Below the pieces are notes generated by a model. That model was not told the DNA's origin. It searched no databases and saw nothing but the letters and a program-made list of their open reading frames with translations. Position numbers and translations under genes: made by a program. A stretch of 43,319 bases of DNA from Leidyana gryllorum EB-2025a (lineage: Eukaryota > Protista > Apicomplexa): the NCBI GenBank assembly GCA_048772705.1, contig JBLWGC010000221.1:1-43319 (forward strand), given 5' to 3'. Shown piece by piece: positions 32,315 to 41,644 of this stretch. How positions within the stretch are numbered: position 1 is the first letter of the stretch; each line of letters begins with the position of its first letter.

Positions 32315-32891
32315 CCCAGTCAGTGGTCACGAACGCTCGCTCAACCAGCCAGCCACAGACGGTTCGCAGCGGTTTTCCCCCGTGATCACTTTTCTCCCTT
32401 CTGACTGAAGCAGAGCCCCGACCGTCAGTCAGTAACGCTGAGTGTCGGTAGCTTTGCTTTAGAGAAGGTATCAGCTGCGAATGGACACAGTTCTGAGCCG
32501 CTGACGTTTGCCCCGCTGTGCTGAGGCAAAAGTCGTTGGAATTCATCCAACAGAGGCGCGGTCGGGCGCGAGGGTTCTTTTCGAAATTTGAGAGAACTCG
32601 TATTTCCGCTGTGGCCACAGATTCTTCACTTTTTACGTACGAACTCAACGCTTTGGCGAAGTGCAGCGTCTAATTACTCGAAGCATTCGTCGGAACTTTG
32701 GGTTTCACTCCAAACAGAAGTCTTTGTCTCATTAGTCTGAGGAGAGGGAGGGCAGTGAGCCCGGAGCGAGCCATCTCCAGCTGGGCGACGTCTGCTTTCT
32801 GCAGTGAGATCCCATCTTCCTCAGGCAATAGTGCGGTTCGAGCGTCGAGTTGGGCATCGTCGTGTTTGTTCCAAGTTCCTCGGCCCCCGTT

Positions 32892-34133
32892 TCACCACTT
32901 CAATCCCGTTGTCGTCCAATCAATCGACTCGAGGGAGAGCCGGGGAGCGAGTGTTTCTTCCATTGCGCAAGAGTCTTCATAGTACGGATTGAATTCTGGC
33001 TGAGCGTTGAGACGGTTGAGCCACGCTTTGGCTCGGAGGCATATTCTGTTGAGGCATCGCACTTCGAGGGATCTATAGTTCGCATAGGTGATACCTCGGA
33101 TGACGTGTTTGTTTCGTTCAGCTGAGAACGGAGGCGTATCGCTCCTTTGCTGTCGCAGGAGATGGGCAATAGTGGGCTGATAAAAGGACCCGCCAAAGGG
33201 GTCTCGCTGGTCGAGGGTAACATATGCGTCACAGTCCTGAAGGGCCAAATGGAGTGGGAGGAGTTCTCGGTCCTGACACACCTCCTGAATGAACTCAGCA
33301 ACCCCAATTTCCACAATCCGTCTGAGGCCTCGGAGAAATTTGGTGTAATCCTCTTTGCAGACGACCAGAAATCGACTCCACTCCATCAGCATTGGTTTGG
33401 CTGCGGCGCAGTTGCGATCGAGCATCTCGTGCAGCTCCAGAGAACTCTCATTCAGCTCCCACCCCAGTCGAGTCACTCGTTGAACGGCCTCCGTGTACCC
33501 GTTCTCGGGCGGATACATCGCCCACTCCATGGCGATGTCGAAGGTCGCGGATAACAGTCTCTTATCCAAAGACTTGACAGCTTTAGACGTCCCGTTCATG
33601 ATGTGATCCACAATCAGATCAAACTCGCTTCGGATAGCCACGAGTGTGAGCAGCTCCTCACGGATATACTCGCCGTACGCGGCCTTCCTCAACATGGCTC
33701 GTATTGGAAAGTCCCAGCTGGAGTCCGTAGGCCCAGCGGTCAACTCCACTCGCTGCTGTGTCGGCCCCCGTACGTCTCCTTCTTTAACAACCAGACACTC
33801 ATCTCGCAGATCTGGGGGCACCAGAGTTGGGACTTCTCCGGAAGACAACAGGGGATGCACCCCGGTCTGCTTCAGAAAGTTCACCCATTCGGTCAGTCGG
33901 GGAACACTCACGGCTTCCAGGAATTTGCTCCTTTGACCGCATATCACCTCTCTCAACATACACTCAAAGCACTTTGACACTTTGGCATTCTTGAGTCGGC
34001 ACAACAGGAGCGCCAGATGTTCTCTGTGACGCAGAACGCTCTTTGTCAACAAGGCATAGTCCCGAAACAGAGAATCCAAAGCTTTGTCAACACGAATGGT
34101 CACTTGGTCGAAATTCACTCGAGTCACCGCCAT
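32892..34133 (-). CDS. Tandem-family copy D
   Basis: RVDKALDSLF; VPPDLR...YGEYIREE; HLALQDCDAYVTLDQRD...YANYRSLE. Confidence 0.8.
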   Translation of the reverse strand: MAVTRVNFDQVTIRVDKALDSLFRDYALLTKSVLRHREHLALLLCRLKNAKVSKCFECMLREVICGQRSKFLEAVSVPRLTEWVNFLKQTGVHPLLSSGEVPTLVPPDLRDECLVVKEGDVRGPTQQRVELTAGPTDSSWDFPIRAMLRKAAYGEYIREELLTLVAIRSEFDLIVDHIMNGTSKAVKSLDKRLLSATFDIAMEWAMYPPENGYTEAVQRVTRLGWELNESSLELHEMLDRNCAAAKPMLMEWSRFLVVCKEDYTKFLRGLRRIVEIGVAEFIQEVCQDRELLPLHLALQDCDAYVTLDQRDPFGGSFYQPTIAHLLRQQRSDTPPFSAERNKHVIRGITYANYRSLEVRCLNRICLRAKAWLNRLNAQPEFNPYYEDSCAMEETLAPRLSLESIDWTTTGLKW

Positions 34134-34344
34134 CTCGATACCTTTTCGACTTCCCAGCCTGGAAGAGACGCCGGTTTTCCGCGCTTACCACCACAAGTCA
34201 AACACAACCATTCGTACGTCAATCTAACACGAGCATTACCATACGCACTCTCGTCCTGTGGTTCGATACACCAATTTGAGACTCCACCAGAAATCCTGGT
34301 AACGAAAGTCAGTCTTCATACGATCAACGATCAACGATCGAACA

Positions 34345-34345
34345 T

Positions 34346-34383
<38 letters not shown>

Positions 34384-34433
34384 CCCACACACACACACAT
34401 AGATATATATCCCCACACACACACACACACACA
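34345..34433. repeat. Compound (CA)n/(TA)n microsatellite
   Basis: Directly visible. Confidence 0.95.
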
Positions 34434-34474
34434 AATATACCCACACTGGTGGTGATCATTTGGTCAATTTGGAT

Positions 34475-35587
34475 TTATAATAAACTGTCCAACGGGTCAG
34501 GACGACGAAACAATCTGGGATACCTTTCTCGAGTTTCGATTGTAACGTCCGACCACCCGCAGCCCGAAGGGATCAAGAAGGGCATTGAGGCACCAAGCAC
34601 ACCAAAGATCTCTGAAAGATATTTGAACTCCAGTGTACGATACCAGAAGTACGCGTCAAAATGGAGCTCGGATTCCACCATTTCCTCCTCTGTCGTAAAG
34701 CCGTCACTGTCTGTCTCATCCGTCGCCGCTCTCTCATGCAACCCACGCTGATGAAAATGCCCCGCAGCAAAGTCACGCCGATCCAGAGTGACAAAGTCGG
34801 GCCGCAGTTGCAGTGCTCTATGCACATCGGCTATTTCGGGAGCCGATCGGACTTTCTCCATGAACTCAGCCACAATCGCTTTGATCTGTCTCTGATGGTC
34901 CTCGGACTTCATCAGCCGCTTTCCCAATTCCTCGCACTCGGACAAAGGGACATCTGTCTCGTTCTCGAGTTCCGTCCGAAGTTGGAAAAGGGCACGGATT
35001 TTCTTGAACCAGAGCCCCAGTTTGGCCGAGTGATAATTATGCAAATCGGCACGTGTGACCCCTGAGCTCCTTCGGCCGTTCTCGACAACATCTCGGGGAT
35101 CCCACTGCTCACACACTGACTCGAGTATTAACACTATTTGGCACAGCGCACAACACTCCGTGTGGATATACAAAGCGTAACCGCAGACGGCCCACAGTGG
35201 ATCAACGAGATCTGAACCCCGAGTCCCCCTCTCGGCGATCGCATATCGAATGTCGGGTGGCACACGCAAATCTGACACTCGGTTGAGAGACAAGTCCCGC
35301 TTATCGTAAGTGGTGTAGCCGGTATCAGAAGGCTGAAGTATTTTGTGAACGTATCTCCGTGGTACAACACGGCACCGAGACACAAACCATGCTCTGGACT
35401 CTTTAACCACTCTCTGAATAGCGCGCTCCAATCTCGACGCCAATTCCCGATCAGACATGTTACCGATCAAAGTAACAAACTCCCGCCTCCAGTAGTTAAA
35501 GTCTGCCGTCAAATCACGGTATAGACGAAACAGCTCATCCACGCATTCGTGGACCCGCTTCTCATATTCTAAGTAACCCTTCATCAT
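34475..35587 (-). CDS. Tandem-family copy E
   Basis: DELFRLYRDLTADFNYWRRE; GYTTYDKRDL..VPPDIR; HRALQLRPDFVTLDRRD...YFWYRTLE. Confidence 0.8.
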   Translation of the reverse strand: MMKGYLEYEKRVHECVDELFRLYRDLTADFNYWRREFVTLIGNMSDRELASRLERAIQRVVKESRAWFVSRCRVVPRRYVHKILQPSDTGYTTYDKRDLSLNRVSDLRVPPDIRYAIAERGTRGSDLVDPLWAVCGYALYIHTECCALCQIVLILESVCEQWDPRDVVENGRRSSGVTRADLHNYHSAKLGLWFKKIRALFQLRTELENETDVPLSECEELGKRLMKSEDHQRQIKAIVAEFMEKVRSAPEIADVHRALQLRPDFVTLDRRDFAAGHFHQRGLHERAATDETDSDGFTTEEEMVESELHFDAYFWYRTLEFKYLSEIFGVLGASMPFLIPSGCGWSDVTIETRERYPRLFRRPDPLDSLL

Positions 35588-35812
35588 TTGAGATGCCGTC
35601 TCCGAGCACTCAATCCTCTCTCCTCCACTCCAAATTCTCACCTGTTTTCCCCGCGACTCGCACAGGTCGCGCCCGCGCACCGATGCACCGGAGGACCACC
35701 ACACACACACTCGAACAGACACTCTCACACACACACAGACAACACACAGACACACTCATTGGTGATAATCAATTGGTGGATTGTTGGATGTTTGATAAAG
35801 TGTGGAGAGGAG

Positions 35813-36883
35813 TCAGGACGGCAAATCCGTCTGAGATACCTCTGTCGGGGTGACACCCGCAGCTCGGACTGGTGTACATTCGGAGAGGCAGGTGATACCG
35901 AGAATGCCCAAAATCTTTGCGAGATACCTCAACTCGACCGAACGATACTGGTAGTATGATTCCACCCACTGCCGGAACTCCTTTCCTGTCCCCGGTGTCA
36001 CAATGTCGTCACTGTCACCGTCACCGTCCGGCCCGAACAAATCGGGCTGATAGTATTGCCCCGCAGCGAAGTCACGGCGTTCCAGCGTCACATAGTCAGG
36101 CAGCTTTTGCAGTGCTCTATGCACTTCGGCTGTTGTGCGAGACGACCGCACTTCCTCCATGAATTTAGAGATGACCAATTTGATCCGTCTCTGACGATCC
36201 TCGCAGCTCGTCCCCAATTCTTCGCCTTCGGAGGACTCATCCGAGTCAGTCTCAATTTCGGTCCCCCGTCGGAAGAGGGCACGTCGCCTCTGAGCCCAGA
36301 GCTCGTGAGAGGCCGCGTGATGATAGCTTTGAAGCTCGTAACGTGTAGCCGCAACGCTCCTCCTTGCGATCTCGACAACATCTGGAGAATCCCGCGCCTC
36401 ACACACTCTTTTGAGGGTCAACAGTATCTGGCGCAGCGCGCAATACTCCGAATAGATATACGTAGTGTAAGCGTGGAGCGCCCCCACCCGATCAATGAAG
36501 TCTGTACCCCGAGTCCCCCTGGCGAGGATCGCATATCGCATGTCCGGGGGCACACGCAAATTTGACACTCGATTGACAGACAAATGTCGATCAGCGAAGG
36601 TGGTGTAGCCGGAATAAGAAGGCTGGAGTAGTTTGTGAAGGTATATCACCGGTCTGTCATCGTGCCGGTGAAACACAGTCATAAACCACGCTTTGGACTG
36701 GTCAACCGCTTTCTCAAGAAGGCACTGCAAGTTGAATGCGCAATACCGATCTGACATATTGCAGATCAAAGTAATAAACTCCCGCCTCCAGTAGTTAAAA
36801 TCTGCCGTCAAATCAGCGTATGCACCGAACAGCTCATCCAGAACCTCGTGGTGCCGCTGCTCATAGTCTGAGTATCTCGCCAT
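35813..36883 (-). CDS. Tandem-family copy F (tail frameshifted relative to E)
   Basis: Colinear with E; HRALQKLPDYVTLERRD...YYQYRSVE. Confidence 0.8.
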   Translation of the reverse strand: MARYSDYEQRHHEVLDELFGAYADLTADFNYWRREFITLICNMSDRYCAFNLQCLLEKAVDQSKAWFMTVFHRHDDRPVIYLHKLLQPSYSGYTTFADRHLSVNRVSNLRVPPDMRYAILARGTRGTDFIDRVGALHAYTTYIYSEYCALRQILLTLKRVCEARDSPDVVEIARRSVAATRYELQSYHHAASHELWAQRRRALFRRGTEIETDSDESSEGEELGTSCEDRQRRIKLVISKFMEEVRSSRTTAEVHRALQKLPDYVTLERRDFAAGQYYQPDLFGPDGDGDSDDIVTPGTGKEFRQWVESYYQYRSVELRYLAKILGILGITCLSECTPVRAAGVTPTEVSQTDLPS

Positions 36884-37075
36884 CTTCCGAGAGACCGTCT
36901 CCGAGCACTCAATCCTCTCTCCTCCACTCCAAAATCTCACCTGTTTTCCCCCCGACTCGCACAGATCGCGCCCGCGTACCGATGCACCGAACGACCACCA
37001 CACAAACACTTACACACACTGACGCACATGACGCACTTACACACACTGACGCACTCACACACTCATTGGTGATAA

Positions 37076-38086
37076 TCATTTGGTCAACTGTTGAATGTTT
37101 GATAAACTGTGCAAAGGGGTCAGGACGGCCAATCCGTTTGGGATACCTCTCTCGGGTGACACCCGCAGCTCGGATCTGTTTACATTGGGAGGGGTGGTGA
37201 TACCGAGAGTACCCCAAATTCTTGCGAGATGCCTAAACTCCACTTGACGACACTCGTACTGTAATTCCACCCACTTCGGAACTTCTTCAGTTCCTCCTCT
37301 GTCATAAACCCGTCACTGTCCCAGCGTTATTGCAGTGCTCTATGCACTGCGGCTATTCCGGGAGACGACCGGATTTTCTCCATGAGCTCAGACACAATCG
37401 CTTTGATCTGTCTCTGATGGTCCTCGGACCTCATCAGCCGCTTTCCCAATTCCTCGCACTCGGACAAAGGGACATCTGTTTCGTTCTCAATACTCTGACG
37501 AACAGCGACGGAGGACATCTGACAGAAAGGCCTGATGTTTACCCGAGCGATGTTTGTAAGCTTCGAGTTGTTTCTCCGATACCCACTTTTGAGGACAAAA
37601 CCGCTTCCACACTCGCTCGAGTGCTATCACTACGGTTAACAGTGACACAGACTCATTGGAGATATACGCGGTGTAACTGCAGACGGCCGACCATCGATCT
37701 GAACCCGGCGGAGTCAACATCGCAACAATCGCTTCTCGAATGTCGGGTGGCACCTGCAACTCGCGATAGAGAGACAAATCCCGCTTATCGTAAGTGGTGT
37801 AGCCGGTATACGAAGGTTCAAGTAGTTCGTGAACGGGTTTCACCAACTCAGGTTGGCAAAATTCAATAAACCTTGCTCTGGACTGTTGAATCACTGTCTC
37901 AATACCGCCCTCCAAACTCGCCGCCAATTCCCGATCAGACATAAAGCTGATCACAGTAACAACCTCCCGTCTCCAGTAGTTAAAGTCTGCCGTCAAATCA
38001 CGGTACATCTGAAACAGCTCATCCGTTAACTCCTCCTCAATATTCTTGTCAGTTATTATGGAAAGCTGCTTCCCCTTAGATACCAT
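37076..38086 (-). pseudogene. Tandem-family copy G, disrupted
   Basis: N-half intact; frameshift near 37490-37520; TAA after HRALQ (37327); DYVTL..RD block deleted. Confidence 0.8.
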
Positions 38087-38691
38087 ACTGCCTCCGAGCA
38101 ATCAATCCTCTGTCCTCCACTCCAAAATCTCACCTGTTTTCCTCGCCACTCGCACAAATATCACCCGCGTACCGACCCACTCGCGCACTCATAAACACAC
38201 ACAGTGTGAGCAGCCGCAAGATGGACTACGGCATGGCTTCTGAAAGCAGAGTCTGCAGTCAGATCGCCTTTTGAGGGGACACATAGCTGTCCGTACCAAA
38301 GTCAAAGATCATCAACATCGAAGGCTTGGCCCCACTCCGTCTTCGCCCGAAGCGTGCGATTGATACTGAGGTCCATGGCCCACAATGCTTGGATTAATGG
38401 GCCACAAAATTTGGCCAACACCAGTGAAAATGGACATCTGTGTTGATATAATCCATCAATATGAGCGGGCTGACTGACTGACGGACTGCTCTTTGATTCA
38501 AAACGCCGTTCGGGGGTCTTGATGATAGAAACAAAATGCACTAAAGCTTTCTCCTTGTGGAGTTTACAGATGCACCTACCCCGCCTCTGCTATTTTGTGC
38601 TCCAATGTCCGCCCACTGTGATTGGTGATCTTACGGCTTCAAAGCGTGTGAGGCCGCAAACCTTATTCAGTAAGATCCAGTCCGAGTCAAA

Positions 38692-38723
<32 letters not shown>

Positions 38724-38743
38724 TGTGTATGTGTGTGTGTGTG
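38692..38743. repeat. (GT)n microsatellite
   Basis: Directly visible. Confidence 0.95.
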
Positions 38744-40381
38744 TCGAATGAATCCCTAATTAAGAGTGCGCGGCGTTGTCTAAGGACAGCAGTCTGCCGC
38801 AATTGTGAGACGATGGCTCGGTGAGGAGAACGGGACGTCGGAATCCAACGGGTGCGCCTGCGAGTGAGTGAGGAATAACGTGAGTTGTCGTCAGCCTGTG
38901 AGTTATTATTTCGAGAAGTTCGGAATTTTTGGGCCCGCGTCAGTCTGAGAAGAAGTGACCGCCAAGAATTCCCACTGATGCCGTTCAATGAACACTTCAC
39001 TCTTTGAAGACGCAGGAGAGACACTGCCGTTGGCAAACGACAGTCCCTTCCCTTCGAGACGAGGCGTTGACGGAGTAGAAGTCACTTCTTCAAACTGCCA
39101 CACGTTTGTGGAAGATGGTCGCGGTGGACGCGAGCAGTTGATGAAAATCCTATCTGAAACCGAAGCGATCGGTCATCTGACGTTTCCGCGCTGTTGACGT
39201 AAAGGTTCCATCAGAAGAGATCGAAGAAGTTATCACCCGGGCACAAAGTGATGCCTCTCAATCTCTTCTCAATACGCCAAAAGCGGCAGTGTACCGTTCA
39301 TCAGCGGTCACTGTCGGGTGGGTTCGCAGTGGCTCGCTTGAAGCGACCTCGTACCTCACAAGAAGTGGTGGTGCCCACGCTCGTAGCCGTGGTCGCGGGA
39401 TGATTCATGATCTCCGGCGCCCCGCAGTCGGGGAACACCCCCAACTTCGGTGGGAGGTGAGGCAGGATGGTGGCTGTCGACCGTTTCTTGCGGTCGGCAG
39501 CGAAGTGACATATCGCTCCACGCGGCATTTGCTCTTTGGAGTGCGATGGCAGTTTTGGCGACAATCGATTCAATAGAAGTTTAGGTCGAATTGTCGCGCT
39601 GTATTTATGTGAGATTCACTCTGTGAGCGGAGAGCTCATTTGAGGAGAACTGTGGCGGAAACGCTCACAGTGTGACGGAGAAATCCGTCAAAGTCTCGTC
39701 GGTCGATCAGAGCGGCGGGAGTCTGTTTCGTAGACAGACATTTGTGTATGTGTTACTTTGATGTTGATGGAATGACTGATCAACCTGTCTGTCAAACGAC
39801 CCAACGGTGACGCAACGCAAAACACTCATAAAGTTCGCAACTCTATCCCGAGTAAAAGTGTGGGAGAGATATCGGTTTGGTCAGAGTGTGTAACCCACAC
39901 TCACACATTGTGTTGTATGTAATCCGAATCCGAACCAGTGTTCCTCAACTTTTTTGCGTTTGCGGCAGTGTCGAGCCGTTATGGCCGCCATTACTCTGCG
40001 TGACCGATTGCGAGGCTCCAGTTCTATGACTGCTTACGTTCCCGATTTCCCGAGAGATTACGTCAGTTGATCACATTAGGGTCATTTTTATGTTAAGTTC
40101 AGTTCAAGTCGTCTCCGTTTTGGAGAAGGAGATCGCTTTGGATCTCTACAGTGTCTTTGTCTTTGATTGAAGGAATTTCGTCGAGAGAGAAAAAGATTGG
40201 GGGAGTGAGGACGGCAGTCAGCCAGGCAGCATTGGAGGAAGGCGGTCTCCTCCAATGGAAGAGACGCTCGTGTCTGAGGTGGAGAGACAATTCGAGACAA
40301 TCTGTGGTCGCCATGCTGCGGCTGTAATCAGTGAGTGTGCGCGTTTCCATATCACTCGGAGAAGGAGGACGTCAAACGGTG

Positions 40382-41506
40382 TCAAACGGTATGGAATACC
40401 GATTTTTTGTTCGATGGGTGTTCTGCTTCTTCGTCCGAGTCGTCTTCCATGGTGCCGTCGTCGAGCATTGTGACAGCGAGGACAAGTTTGGGTTCTTCTC
40501 TGACGATTGAAGAGAGGTCGAGGATGAGTCTGGTGAGGGCTCGGTATTCCGTCATACGATAATGGTAATATCGTTGGATCCGACGGATGACATCGAATCG
40601 ATCTGGTCGGAGGTATGTGTGCTCGCGCCATATATCGTGTCCGACGCCCCTTTGCCAGAATTGGCCTTGAAGAAAGTCGCGGTCATTGAAAGTGATATAA
40701 TCACTTCTGGCCTCGAGAGCGCGATGTATTCCTCTCAAGAGTGGATTCAAGTGGACTTTGCGTCGAAACTGTCGACGGCGATGACTGATGATTCGTCGAC
40801 AGAAGTCCTGAACGAGTGGAGACTCGTTGCACAGGTCCGGAAGTATTTCGCTCAACTCGTCAATCAATCTGCTGTGTCGCCAACGATCTCCGAATCCGAA
40901 TAGTGTGACTAACATTCGGACCATTTCGATGTAATCGTCTCTCAGATTACCCGTTTCGGTCACAGAAGCGGAAGCGTAAGCGTCGTCCTCATCGAGCGAC
41001 GTTCTTTTGGCAGCCGGAGAATATTGAATCTCACTGGTCTCCGGCTCCTGGAGAAGATTCATCTTGTCCGCGATGATTGTCTCGTGCCCACACCGCAGTC
41101 TCTCCAAGTTTATTCGGCAAAAGTCGACAACGGGGTTTGTCACTTGGATCTGATGGTACCGATATAAACCCAAATATATCCATCCTTCCGTGGGGTCAGA
41201 GAAGATCGACCCGCACCCAAACGCCTTCTCCAACAGCTCCGGTGTCGCTTGACGGTACCCAACGGTCGCGTGGATGTGCTCCATCTTCCAGTCTCCCTGG
41301 ACCAGCAGGTTGAGGTGCGCGTTCTGAGTCCGCAGAAACACTTCCATCTGCGAGTTCAACACACTCTGATTAAACGAATCAGTGATCAGAGCTATGGCTT
41401 TTGATAAATCCTCGAGCAGATCCTCGGCTCGAGACACCAATTTCAGATACAGATTGTTCACCCTCTCCAGAACTCCAACCTCATTGTAAGTCAACTCTCG
41501 TACCAT
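40382..41506 (-). CDS. Tandem-family copy H (most divergent; start may be up to 41617)
   Basis: HRALEARSDYITFNDRDFLQGQFWQ...YYHYRMTEYRAL. Confidence 0.75.
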   Translation of the reverse strand: MVRELTYNEVGVLERVNNLYLKLVSRAEDLLEDLSKAIALITDSFNQSVLNSQMEVFLRTQNAHLNLLVQGDWKMEHIHATVGYRQATPELLEKAFGCGSIFSDPTEGWIYLGLYRYHQIQVTNPVVDFCRINLERLRCGHETIIADKMNLLQEPETSEIQYSPAAKRTSLDEDDAYASASVTETGNLRDDYIEMVRMLVTLFGFGDRWRHSRLIDELSEILPDLCNESPLVQDFCRRIISHRRRQFRRKVHLNPLLRGIHRALEARSDYITFNDRDFLQGQFWQRGVGHDIWREHTYLRPDRFDVIRRIQRYYHYRMTEYRALTRLILDLSSIVREEPKLVLAVTMLDDGTMEDDSDEEAEHPSNKKSVFHTV

Positions 41507-41644
41507 CTTGACACCCGTTTGCTCTCGCCACCGTTTTTCGCGCCTTCGCACCATATAGCCATAGGTTTTCCCAACAAAAAGAAACATGGAAACCCGCCCA
41601 CGAGACCACTCGTTCACCTCGCGTATCGTTGACTGAAAACGCTT

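Noticed and set aside
35588-35755. VCVCV/HTHT-rich ORF extensions (also 31300-31608, 34017-34430, 36884-37009)
   Set aside because: Translations of microsatellites or upstream noncoding sequence; similarity among family proteins begins at downstream ATGs
28868-41506. Array as a recognisable transposon or provirus
   Set aside because: No RT, DDE transposase/integrase, tyrosine recombinase, capsid or terminal-repeat signatures seen; viral origin remains unproven
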